Below, one piece after another: positions 9,431 through 17,946 of a stretch of DNA of 64,000 bases (position 1 is its first letter; each line of letters starts with the position of its first letter). The DNA comes from Ideonella sp. (GTDB lineage Bacteria > Pseudomonadota > Gammaproteobacteria > Burkholderiales > Burkholderiaceae_C): assembly GCF_041918995.1 (NCBI RefSeq), contig NZ_JAYRUN010000014.1:11974-75973 (forward strand). The letters are read 5' to 3'. The notes beneath the pieces are model-generated. The model was not told the DNA's origin and did no database searches. It saw nothing but the letters and a program-made list of their open reading frames with translations. Position numbers and translations under genes: made by a program.

Positions 9431-10204
9431 CTACATGCGGAAGTGTTCACCGAGGTACACGCGGCGCACGTCCGGGTTCTCGATGATGTGGTCGGGCGTG
9501 CCTTCGGCCAGCACCGAGCCCTCGCTGATGATGTACGCGCGGTCGCAGATGCCCAGCGTCTCGCGCACGTTGTGGTCGGTGATCAGCACGCCGATGCCAC
9601 GGGCCTTCAGGAAGCCGATGATGCGCTGGATCTCGATCACGGCGATGGGGTCCACGCCGGCGAAGGGCTCGTCCAGCAGGATGAAGCGCGGCTGGGTGGC
9701 CAGCGCGCGGGCGATCTCCACCCGCCGCCGCTCGCCGCCGGACAGCGCCGGCGCGGGCGATTCGCGCAGGCCCGAGAGGCTCAGGTCGAGCAGCAGGGCG
9801 TCGAGCTGGCGCTGGATCTCGGCGTCGCGCAGCGGTTTGCCGGTGGCGTCGAGCTGCAGCTCGAGCACGGCGCGGATGTTCTCCTCCACCGTGAGCTTGC
9901 GGAAGATGGAGGCCTCCTGCGGCAGGTAGCTCAGGCCCAGGCGCGAGCGCTGGTGGATCGGCTGGTGCTCCACCGCGGTGCCGTCGATGTGGATCGTGCC
10001 GGCATCGCAGCGCACCAGGCCCACCACCATGTAGAAGGTGGTGGTCTTGCCGGCGCCGTTGGGCCCGAGCAGCCCCACCACCTCGCCGGCCCCCACGGCC
10101 AGGTGCACGTTCTTCACCACGGTGCGCGCGCCGTAGCTCTTGCGCAGGCCCGCGGCCTCCAGGCGGCTGCCGTTCACGGCGGACCCGGTGGGCGGGGCGC
10201 TCAC
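9431..10204 (-). CDS. lptB: LPS export ABC transporter ATP-binding protein
   Basis: It has the Walker A motif GPNGAGKTT and the signature [15 protein letters not shown]. It sits between lptA and rpoN. Confidence 0.95.
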   Translation of the reverse strand: MSAPPTGSAVNGSRLEAAGLRKSYGARTVVKNVHLAVGAGEVVGLLGPNGAGKTTTFYMVVGLVRCDAGTIHIDGTAVEHQPIHQRSRLGLSYLPQEASIFRKLTVEENIRAVLELQLDATGKPLRDAEIQRQLDALLLDLSLSGLRESPAPALSGGERRRVEIARALATQPRFILLDEPFAGVDPIAVIEIQRIIGFLKARGIGVLITDHNVRETLGICDRAYIISEGSVLAEGTPDHIIENPDVRRVYLGEHFRM

Positions 10205-10800
10205 CGGGCCGGCTCCGACGCGGCCGCGTCGGCCGAGCGCGGGATGAACACCAGGCGCGCACGCCCGGGCGCGGCGCCCGGCGTGGCGGGTGCGCCGCCC
10301 TCGAAGGTGATGGTGTCGCTGCGCTGCTCGTAGCTGATCACGGCGGCGCTGGCCTCGTCGGGCGGGCCGCTCGCGCGCAGCACGCGCAGCTGGGCGTCGC
10401 CCACGAAGCGCACGCGCTCCGCGGCGCCGTCGTATTCCACGCGCGCGGCCTCGGCTTCCACGTACTCGTCCACCCGGTCGCGCTTCTGGCGGAAGGTGGC
10501 CGGGCGGCCGGCCGCGCCGATCGCGGTGGCATGGAAGCGCCCGGGCGTGTCCTCGCGCACCTCCACGCGGTCGGCCTTGATCTGCAGCGTGCCCTGGGTG
10601 ATGACCACGTTGCCGCTGATCACCGTGACACGGGATTTCAGGTCGACCGTCGCGGACTGCTGGCCGTCGCTGACGATCTCCATGGGCTTGCTGCGGTCGG
10701 CGCGTTCGGCGCCGGCGGGGGCCGCCAGCGCCAGCACGGCCAGGCCGGTGAGCAGGCGGGCGAAGGGCGGGACGGGGGCTGGGCGCATGAAAATCGGCAT
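10201..10800 (-). CDS. lptA: LPS transport periplasmic protein LptA
   Basis: It has a signal peptide and an OstA-like beta-jellyroll sequence ([16 protein letters not shown]...). It has a 4-nt overlap with lptB. An alternative start is ATG 10787. Confidence 0.85.
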   Translation of the reverse strand: MPIFMRPAPVPPFARLLTGLAVLALAAPAGAERADRSKPMEIVSDGQQSATVDLKSRVTVISGNVVITQGTLQIKADRVEVREDTPGRFHATAIGAAGRPATFRQKRDRVDEYVEAEAARVEYDGAAERVRFVGDAQLRVLRASGPPDEASAAVISYEQRSDTITFEGGAPATPGAAPGRARLVFIPRSADAAASEPAR

Positions 10801-10894
10801 GAAACTTGCAGGCCGATTCTAGCCCCAGCGGGGGCCGGGGAGGCGGAAAACCTGCGCACTCCGCCCGCGTGGCGAGCCGGGGCGTGGTCGGGTG

Positions 10895-11545
10895 TCAGCC
10901 CTTGCGGGCGAGTTCGACCAGGTGGTCCACCACCAGGAAGGCCTTGTCCACGCCGCCCGCCATGGCGGCCGAGGTGCGGAAGCGCCCCTGCACGCCCAGC
11001 ATGGGCACGCTGTCCACGCCGTAGGCGTCGGACAGCTGCTTGGCCTGGCGCGCCTTGCCGATGACGCTGAAGGACTTCATCGCGTCGGCGACCTTGGCGC
11101 CGTCGGCGCCGTTGGCGCTGACGAAGGCGGCCACGTCGGCCTCGGTGACCAGGCGCTTGCGGTCGACGTGGATGGCGTTGAAGAACTTGCGGTGCAGGCT
11201 GCCCAGCAGGCCCAGCGCCTCGAAGGCATAGAACACCTTCTGGTGGAACTCGTACTGCGGCGTGAAGGCGGCCGGCACCCGGCGGAAGGCGACGTCGGCC
11301 GGCAGCTTGGCCAGCCACTGCTCGACGAACGGCTCCAGCGAGAAGCAGTGCGGGCAGCCGTACCAGAAGAACTCGACCACCTCCACCTTGCCCGCGGCCG
11401 CCGGGGCGACCGGCTGCGACAGGCGGACGAAGTGCTTGCCCTCCACCGGCCCGCCCTGGGCCTGGGCGGCCCGGGGCAGCCAAGCGGGGGCGGCGGCGGC
11501 CAGGCCGAGGCAGTGGAAGTGGCGCCGGGTGATCGAGCGGTTCAT
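10895..11545 (-). CDS. dsbA: Thiol:disulfide interchange protein DsbA
   Basis: It has a Tat/Sec-like signal and the active site FFWYGCPHCF. I chose the inner ATG at 11545 of a much longer spurious ORF. Confidence 0.9.
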   Translation of the reverse strand: MNRSITRRHFHCLGLAAAAPAWLPRAAQAQGGPVEGKHFVRLSQPVAPAAAGKVEVVEFFWYGCPHCFSLEPFVEQWLAKLPADVAFRRVPAAFTPQYEFHQKVFYAFEALGLLGSLHRKFFNAIHVDRKRLVTEADVAAFVSANGADGAKVADAMKSFSVIGKARQAKQLSDAYGVDSVPMLGVQGRFRTSAAMAGGVDKAFLVVDHLVELARKG

Positions 11546-11607
11546 CGGATGGGCTTTCGTAGGGTGTCGGTCGGTGCGGGAGGCGGGATGGAGCCGGGCG
11601 ACGCGGT

Positions 11608-12279
11608 TCAGTTCCGCTCCAGGCGCACCAGCGCGGCGTCGATGCCGGCGGCCTTCAGCCGCTCCTGCTGGGTGGTGGCCTCGGCCTGGGAGTCGTAGGG
11701 ACCCAGGCGCACGCGGTGGACGACCCGGCCACTCTGTTCCCGTTCGTGCACCTTGGCGCCGAAGCCCTGCAGGGCCAGCCGGGCGCGCTGCTGCTCGGCA
11801 TCGTCGGCGCTGGAGAAGGCGCCGGCCTGCACGTAGTAGACGAAGGCATCGCCGGCCGGCGGCCGGGCGGGGCCGGGCGTGGCGGCCGGCGCGCGCAGCG
11901 GCGGAGGCGGCACCGGCTCGCCGGAGAGGATCGCGGCCGCGTCGCGCTGCGACCGCGGGGCGGCTGCGGCAGGCGCCGACGCGGGGGCGGGCCGCTGCGC
12001 CGCGGGCGCCTCGGGGTAGGCCGGCAGCGCCGACGCCGCCGGCTTGGCCGGCACCGGCTTGCCGCCCAGGCCGGCGTTCGGGTCCCAGTTCCTGAGCTTC
12101 TCGGCCTCGGCCGCTTCCTGCTCGGGCGTGCGGTGCGGCACCTTGTCGTGGAAGGGCGACGGCACCTTGGCGATGTAGAGCGCCACGCCCAGCGCCACCG
12201 CCAGGCCCACGAGCAGGCCGACGATGAGGCCGAGCGCGAATCCGCCGCGCTGGCGGGTGGGGACCGTCATCGGCCTCAT
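11608..12279 (-). CDS. SPOR domain-containing cell-division protein (FtsN/DedD-like)
   Basis: It has an N-terminal TM helix, a Pro/Ala linker and a C-terminal SPOR fold ([28 protein letters not shown]...RVRLGPY). Its start overlaps the argS stop (ATGA). Confidence 0.8.
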   Translation of the reverse strand: MRPMTVPTRQRGGFALGLIVGLLVGLAVALGVALYIAKVPSPFHDKVPHRTPEQEAAEAEKLRNWDPNAGLGGKPVPAKPAASALPAYPEAPAAQRPAPASAPAAAAPRSQRDAAAILSGEPVPPPPLRAPAATPGPARPPAGDAFVYYVQAGAFSSADDAEQQRARLALQGFGAKVHEREQSGRVVHRVRLGPYDSQAEATTQQERLKAAGIDAALVRLERN

Positions 12280-13988
12280 GCTGTCTCCGTCGTGGTGGTG
12301 TCTCGGCCCATGGATTCCGGTGCGCCCACGCCCAGCAGGGCCAGCGCATTGCGCAGCACGACACGGGTGGCGTCCAGCAGCGCCAGGCGGGCGCGCGCCA
12401 GCGCGGCGTCGTCCACGAGGAAGCGCTCGGCGGCATAGTAGCTGTGGTACGCCCCGGCCAGGTCGCGCAGGTAGAACGCCACGTCGTGCGGCGCCAGGTC
12501 GCGCGCGGCGTGGGCCAGCATGTCGGGGTAGTCGGCCAGCTTGAGCATCAGCGCGGCCTCGGCCGGCGCGGTCAGCAGCGACAGGTCCGCGCCCGCCATG
12601 GCCGCCTCGTCGTGCCCCATCTCGCGCGCCCGGGCCAGCACCGAGCAGATGCGCGCATGCGCGTACTGCACGTAGAACACCGGGTTCTCGTCGTTCTGCT
12701 TCACGGCCAGGTCGACGTCGAAGGTGAACTCGGTGTCGGCCTTGCGGCTGATGAGGAAGAAGCGCACCGCGTCGCGGCTGGTCCAGTCGATCAGGTCGCG
12801 CAGGGTGACGTAGCTGCCGGCGCGCTTGCTGATCTTCACCTCGGCGCCGTCGCGCACCACGCGCACCATGGTGTTGAGCACGTAGTCCGGGTAGCCCTCG
12901 GGGATGCCGACGCCGGCCGCCTGCAGGCCGCCGCGCACGCGGGCGATGGTGCCGTGGTGGTCGGTGCCCTGGCAGTTGACCACCTTGGTGAAGCCGCGCT
13001 CCCACTTGTTCAGGTGGTAGGCCACGTCGGGCACGAAGTACGTGTAGGTGCCGTCGGACTTGCGCATCACGCGGTCCTTGTCGTCACCGTAGTCGGTGGT
13101 GCGCAGCCACAGCGCGCCACCGTCCTCGAAGGTCTTGCCCGCGGCCACCAGGCGCTCGACGGTCTGCGCCACGCGGCCGCTGGCGTACAGGCCCGACTCC
13201 AGGAAGTAGTTGTCGAAGCGCACGCCGAAGGCCTGCAGGTCCAGGTCCTGCTCATGGCGCAGGTAGGCCACGGCGAACTGGCGGATGCCGTCCAGGTCGT
13301 CCGGGTCGCCCGAGGCGGTGAACTCGCGGTCGTCGGCCTTCACCGTCTTCCTGGCCAGGAAGTCGGCCGCGATGTCGGCGATGTAGTCGCCGTTGTAGGC
13401 GGCTTCGGGCCAGTCGGCGTCGCCGGGCTTCAGGCCCTGGATGCGGCACTGGGTGGAGGTGGCCAGCGTGGCGATCTGCACGCCCGCGTCGTTGTAATAG
13501 AACTCGCGCGTGACCGACCAGCCCTGGGTCTCGAACAGCGCGCTGATGGAGTCGCCCAGCGCGCCCTGGCGGGCGTGGCCCACGTGCAGCGGCCCGGTGG
13601 GGTTGGCGGAGACGAACTCCACCATCACGCGCTGGCCGTTGGCCGGCCGGCGGCCGAAGGCCTCGCCCGCGGCGCGCACCTCGGCCACGATGGCCTGCTT
13701 GGCGGCGGGGGCCAGGCGCAGGTTGATGAAGCCGGGGCCGGCGATCTCCAGCGCGCTGACCCAGCGCTGCACCTCCGGCTGAGTGTTCAGCGCGTCGACG
13801 AGCGCCTGCGCCAGCGCGCGCGGGTTGCTCTTCAGCGGCTTGGCCAGCTGCATGGCGGCGGTGATGGCGAGGTCGCCGTGGGCCGCCTGCTTGGGAGACT
13901 CGAAGACCGGCGTGAAGGGGTGGTCGGGGGCCAGCTGCGCCACGGCGCGGGCCAGCGCGAGCTGCAGCTCTGCCTTGGCTTGGATCAT
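12276..13988 (-). CDS. argS: Arginine--tRNA ligase
   Basis: It has a HIGH-type motif ([13 protein letters not shown]) and a KMSKS-type motif (KISKRAG). I chose the start at ATG 13988 (MIQAKAEL). Confidence 0.95.
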   Translation of the reverse strand: MIQAKAELQLALARAVAQLAPDHPFTPVFESPKQAAHGDLAITAAMQLAKPLKSNPRALAQALVDALNTQPEVQRWVSALEIAGPGFINLRLAPAAKQAIVAEVRAAGEAFGRRPANGQRVMVEFVSANPTGPLHVGHARQGALGDSISALFETQGWSVTREFYYNDAGVQIATLATSTQCRIQGLKPGDADWPEAAYNGDYIADIAADFLARKTVKADDREFTASGDPDDLDGIRQFAVAYLRHEQDLDLQAFGVRFDNYFLESGLYASGRVAQTVERLVAAGKTFEDGGALWLRTTDYGDDKDRVMRKSDGTYTYFVPDVAYHLNKWERGFTKVVNCQGTDHHGTIARVRGGLQAAGVGIPEGYPDYVLNTMVRVVRDGAEVKISKRAGSYVTLRDLIDWTSRDAVRFFLISRKADTEFTFDVDLAVKQNDENPVFYVQYAHARICSVLARAREMGHDEAAMAGADLSLLTAPAEAALMLKLADYPDMLAHAARDLAPHDVAFYLRDLAGAYHSYYAAERFLVDDAALARARLALLDATRVVLRNALALLGVGAPESMGRDTTTTETA

Positions 13989-13998
13989 GGTGGGCGGG

Positions 13999-14004
13999 AT
14001 TCTA
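13999..14004 (-). promoter_or_regulatory. TAGAAT -10-like hexamer 10 nt upstream of the argS ATG
   Basis: The minus strand reads CGTAGAATCCCGCCCACCATG. Confidence 0.35.
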
Positions 14005-14313
14005 CGGGCCGCCCCAGCGCCGGACGGCGCGGCCCGCCGCGGGCGATGGAGGCGATTTGCGGGGTCGAACGGGGGCTGTTCGGCATGCGGGCTGCCCGGC
14101 TCTCGGGCACAGTGGCCTCCTGGTGCCCTGCGGTCGGACCCGACACGGGGCAAGCACCCAGGCCGCCCGCAAGCCGTGACCTCCACCCGCCCGTCCCGCT
14201 CCTCGCCGTCCTCGTCGTCGCTGCCCTCGGGCTTGGGCTCGGGGGCGCGCTCGCGGCCGCGCGGCGGGCACTCCACCGTGGCGCTGGCGCGGCTGGAGCC
14301 GGACGACCCGCCC

Positions 14314-15615
14314 ATGATCGGCAAGTACCGGGTGCTGCGGCGCCTGGGCGAAGGCGCCACCAGCGAGGTGTTCCTCGCCTACGACGACTTCCACGACCGC
14401 GAGGTGGCGATCAAGCGGGTGCGCTCGGCCGTCGGGCGCTCCGAGGCCGACGTGCACTTCTCGCCCCACTTCTTTGCCGCCGAGGCGGCGCTGGTGGGGC
14501 GGCTGAACCACCCGAACGTGGTGCAGATCCACGACTCGGTGGACGATGGCATGCGGCCCTACCTGGTGATGGAGTATGTGCCAGGGGCCACCCTGCGCCA
14601 CTTCTGCCAGCAGGACCGCCTGCTGCCGCTGGAACAGGTGGTGGAGATCGGCTTCAAGTGCGCCATGGCGCTGGGCTACGTGTGGCGCCAGGGGCTGATC
14701 CACCGGGACGTGAAGCCGGCCAACATCCTGGCCATCACCGACGGCCCCGAGCTGCTCGACATCAAGCTCACCGACTTCGGCAGCGTGCTGAACATGGGCT
14801 CCGACCGCACGCAGATCCACCGCGTGGGCTCGCTGGCCTACATGTCCCCGGAGCAGCTCGAAGGCTCCACGCTCGATTGCCGGGCCGACATCTATTCGCT
14901 GGCGGCGGTGCTGTACCACCTCATCGCCGGCCGCCCGCCGTTCGAGGCGGAGAGCCAGGGCGCGCTGCTGCACATGATCTGCCACGCCGAGGCCCCGTCG
15001 CTCACCGGCCTGCGCGAGGGCGTCAGCGAGGCGCTGGACCTCACCATCCGCAGCGCGCTGGCCAAGGCGCCGGCCGACCGCCCCGAGGACTGGGACCAGT
15101 TCGCGCAGGCGCTGTCCGCCCTGATCACCAACCACGAGGTGCCGCGCGGCCAGCTGCAGCGCGTGCTCGACTCGGAGCGCTTCAACCTGCTGCGCTCACT
15201 GGAGTTCTTCGCCGAGTTCGGCGACGTGGAGCTGTGGGAGGTGGTGCACCGCGCCAAGTGGCAGCGTTTTCCCTTCGGCCACAAGATCTTCAAGCGCGGC
15301 CAGGAGGGCAAGCAGTTCTACTGCATCGCCCAGGGCGAGGTGGAGGTGTTCCGCGACGGCGAACGCGTGGCGCGCCTGGGCGCCGGCACCTCGGTGGGCG
15401 AGATGGCCTACCTGGCGCCCAGCCCCGACCTGCGCAAGCACGTGGCCGACGTCATCGTGAGCGAGCCCTGCACCACGGTGTCCTTCAACCCCGACAGCCT
15501 GGCCCAGCTCACGCCGGACACCCGCCACCGCTTCGACGCCGCCTTCATCCGCGTGCTCGTGCGCCGGCTGCATGCCGCCCACGAGGCCCTGGCGCACCCG
15601 CGGCGCATCCTCTGA
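14314..15615 (+). CDS. Hanks-type Ser/Thr protein kinase fused to a cyclic-nucleotide-binding-like domain
   Basis: The kinase motifs are [27 protein letters not shown] and YMSPEQ. The C-terminal ~120 aa show a cNMP-binding beta-roll pattern ([21 protein letters not shown]...VGEMAYL). Confidence 0.85.
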   Translation: MIGKYRVLRRLGEGATSEVFLAYDDFHDREVAIKRVRSAVGRSEADVHFSPHFFAAEAALVGRLNHPNVVQIHDSVDDGMRPYLVMEYVPGATLRHFCQQDRLLPLEQVVEIGFKCAMALGYVWRQGLIHRDVKPANILAITDGPELLDIKLTDFGSVLNMGSDRTQIHRVGSLAYMSPEQLEGSTLDCRADIYSLAAVLYHLIAGRPPFEAESQGALLHMICHAEAPSLTGLREGVSEALDLTIRSALAKAPADRPEDWDQFAQALSALITNHEVPRGQLQRVLDSERFNLLRSLEFFAEFGDVELWEVVHRAKWQRFPFGHKIFKRGQEGKQFYCIAQGEVEVFRDGERVARLGAGTSVGEMAYLAPSPDLRKHVADVIVSEPCTTVSFNPDSLAQLTPDTRHRFDAAFIRVLVRRLHAAHEALAHPRRIL

Positions 15616-15668
15616 CGCCCGCAGGCCGGGCGTCCGGCGTTGCCAAGGCGGCAACAAAGCCGCCCCGT

Positions 15669-15699
15669 GTTGACTCAATGCCATAAGTTGGCGCAATAA
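15669..15699 (+). promoter_or_regulatory. Sigma-70-like promoter TTGACT-N19-AATAAT ending 7 nt before the LysR-family ATG (leaderless candidate)
   Basis: The sequence is TTGACTcaatgccataagttggcgcAATAATccgcgcATG. No Shine-Dalgarno is possible in this space. Confidence 0.45.
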
Positions 15700-15706
15700 T
15701 CCGCGC

Positions 15707-16702
15707 ATGGATTCCTTGCGTGCCATGCGGGTCTTCGCCCGCGTCATCGACGAGGGCAGCTTTGCCGGCGCTGCGCGGGCGCTGGACCTGGCCCCGGCCG
15801 TCGTCACCCGCCTGGTCGCCGAGCTGGAGGAACACCTCGGTGCGCGCCTGATGAACCGCACCACCCGCCGCATCGCGCTCACCGAGATCGGCGAGGCCTA
15901 CCTGGAGCGTGTGCGACGCATCCTGGCCGACGTGGACGAGGCGGAGGCGCTGGCCCATGCGTCGGTGGCCGAGCCGCGCGGCCCGGTGCGGCTGCTGATG
16001 CCGCCGGCGGTGGCGGTGCACCAGCTGGCCAAGCACCTGCCGCGTTTCCACGCGCGCTACCCGCTGGTGTCGGTGGAGATCGTCGCCAGCGGGCCGGTGG
16101 AGACGGTGGACGACAGCTTCGACCTGAGCGTCATGGTGCTGCGCAAGCCCCTGGACGGCAACTTCGTCGCGCGGCGCCTGGCGCGCACCGAGGTGATCAC
16201 CTGCGCCTCGCCCGAGTACCTGGACCGCCGCGGCCGGCCGCAGCACCCGCGCGAGCTGCTGGAGCACGACGTGCTGATCCCGCCCATCTCCGACCTGCAG
16301 CGCGCGATGACCTTCTACCGTGGCGCGGTGGGCGAAAACGGCGAAGGGGCGTTCGAGACCCACCATGCCGTGCCGCACCGCGGCGTGCTCAGCACCATCC
16401 ACACCGACACCAACTACGCCGCCGCGCTGGCCGGGCTCGGCATCGCCGGGCTGCCGTCCTTCGTGGTGGCCGATGCGCTGATCGAGCATGCGCTGGAGCG
16501 CGTGCTGCCCGAGTGGCGCCTGTTCTCGTCCACGCTGTGGGTGGGCATGCCCACCCGCCAGCATGTGCCGGCGCGCACGCGGGCGATGCTCGATTTCCTG
16601 GTCGAGATCTTCGGCGGCGAGGACCGGGACCCCTGGCTGGCCGCCGCGGGCTGCGAGACCTGCACCGCCACGCCCATCGAGGCGCCGGGCGCGCTGGCCT
16701 AG
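15707..16702 (+). CDS. LysR family transcriptional regulator
   Basis: It has an N-terminal LysR HTH (MRVFARVIDEGSFAGAARALDLAPAVVTRLVAELEEHLGARLMNRTTR) and a substrate-binding domain. Confidence 0.9.
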   Translation: MDSLRAMRVFARVIDEGSFAGAARALDLAPAVVTRLVAELEEHLGARLMNRTTRRIALTEIGEAYLERVRRILADVDEAEALAHASVAEPRGPVRLLMPPAVAVHQLAKHLPRFHARYPLVSVEIVASGPVETVDDSFDLSVMVLRKPLDGNFVARRLARTEVITCASPEYLDRRGRPQHPRELLEHDVLIPPISDLQRAMTFYRGAVGENGEGAFETHHAVPHRGVLSTIHTDTNYAAALAGLGIAGLPSFVVADALIEHALERVLPEWRLFSSTLWVGMPTRQHVPARTRAMLDFLVEIFGGEDRDPWLAAAGCETCTATPIEAPGALA

Positions 16703-16703
16703 C

Positions 16704-17777
16704 CTAGAAGGTGTAGCCGCGCGCCACGGCGTGGCCGCCCAGCGGCTCGAGCAGGGGCAGCAGCTCGGCCAGCGGCCGGTAGCGCATCGCCACCTTGGTG
16801 GCATAGCCGATGAAGCGGGGCAGGTCCTCGCGGTAGTGCGGCTTGCCGTCGCGGTGCTTCAGGCGGCAGAAGATGCCCATCACCTTGAGGTGGCGCTGCA
16901 GGCCCATCCACTCCACCTGGCGCCAGAACTCGCCGAAGTCCTCGGGCACCGCCAGGCCGGCCTGGCGGGCGGCGTCCCAGTAGCGCACCGCCCAGTCGAT
17001 CTCCTGCTCCTCCTCCCACGAGAAGAAGGCATCGCGGATGAGCGAGGCGATGTCGTAGCTCAGCGGGCCCCGCACCGCGTCCTGGAAGTCCAGCACGGCG
17101 GGATTGGGGTCGGACACCATGAGGTTGCGCACCATGTAGTCACGGTGCACCGGCACCACCGGCTGGGCCAGCGCGCTGGCCACCAGCAGGTCGCACACCT
17201 TCTGCCACCGGGCCTGCTCGGTGGGGCCCCAGGTGATGCCGTGCTCGCGCTGCACGCACCACTCGGGGAACAGCGCCAGCTCCCGGCGCAGCAGGGCGTC
17301 GTCGTAGGGCGGCAGGTCGCCGGCCGGCAGGTGCTGCTGCCAGTGCACCAGGGCACGGATGGCGTCGCGCATCAGGCGCTGCGCGGTGGCCGTGTCGGCC
17401 TCGCGCAGGGCGTCCAGGTAGCTGTGCGGTCCCACGTCCTCCAGCAGCGCGAAGCCCTGGGCCGCGTCGGCCGCCAGCACCTCGGGCGCATGCAGACCCG
17501 CCTCGCGGATGCGCCGGGCCAGGGCCAGGAAGTGGCCACTGTCGGAATCGTGCGGCGGCGCGTCCATGACGATCGCCGTGGCACCGCCCGGGCCGTCCAG
17601 GCGGAAGTAGCGCCGCGCGCTGGCGTCCGCGGACGCGGCGCGCAGGCTCGCCAGCCGCCAGCCGCCAGGCGCGGCGGCCTCGGCGAGCCAGCGGTCGAAG
17701 GCGGCGTGGCGGGCCGGATCGGCCCAGGTGATCGGTGCCTGCGCGGCGGCAGGCGGCGTGGGCGCCGTGGCGGTCAT
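16704..17777 (-). CDS. Aminoglycoside-phosphotransferase-family kinase (AmgK-like MurNAc/GlcNAc anomeric kinase candidate)
   Basis: It has an APH-fold sequence (SARRYFRL...HRDYMVRNLMV...LDFQDA). It is divergent from lptD, as amgK is in pseudomonads. I chose the inner ATG at 17777. Confidence 0.75.
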   Translation of the reverse strand: MTATAPTPPAAAQAPITWADPARHAAFDRWLAEAAAPGGWRLASLRAASADASARRYFRLDGPGGATAIVMDAPPHDSDSGHFLALARRIREAGLHAPEVLAADAAQGFALLEDVGPHSYLDALREADTATAQRLMRDAIRALVHWQQHLPAGDLPPYDDALLRRELALFPEWCVQREHGITWGPTEQARWQKVCDLLVASALAQPVVPVHRDYMVRNLMVSDPNPAVLDFQDAVRGPLSYDIASLIRDAFFSWEEEQEIDWAVRYWDAARQAGLAVPEDFGEFWRQVEWMGLQRHLKVMGIFCRLKHRDGKPHYREDLPRFIGYATKVAMRYRPLAELLPLLEPLGGHAVARGYTF

Positions 17778-17946
17778 CGGGGTCGGGAATGCGCGTGGAT
17801 AATCCGCGGCGATTCTAGTGACGCCCTGCCCGTGCCGCGGCGCTGAAGCGGTGCCCGGGTTCGAGCAGGCCGCCTGGCCGGCCCGGCGTGGCGGCGCCCT
17901 TTCCACCCCACCGCGCTCGCCCGCGCCCCAGCCGCGTCCTTCCCGC

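Noticed and set aside
13989-14360. A 124-aa N-terminal extension of argS in the track ORF includes an acidic [13 protein letters not shown] stretch.
   Set aside because: ArgS homology starts at MIQAKAEL (13988). The extension lies in the divergent intergenic region and is not protein-like overall.
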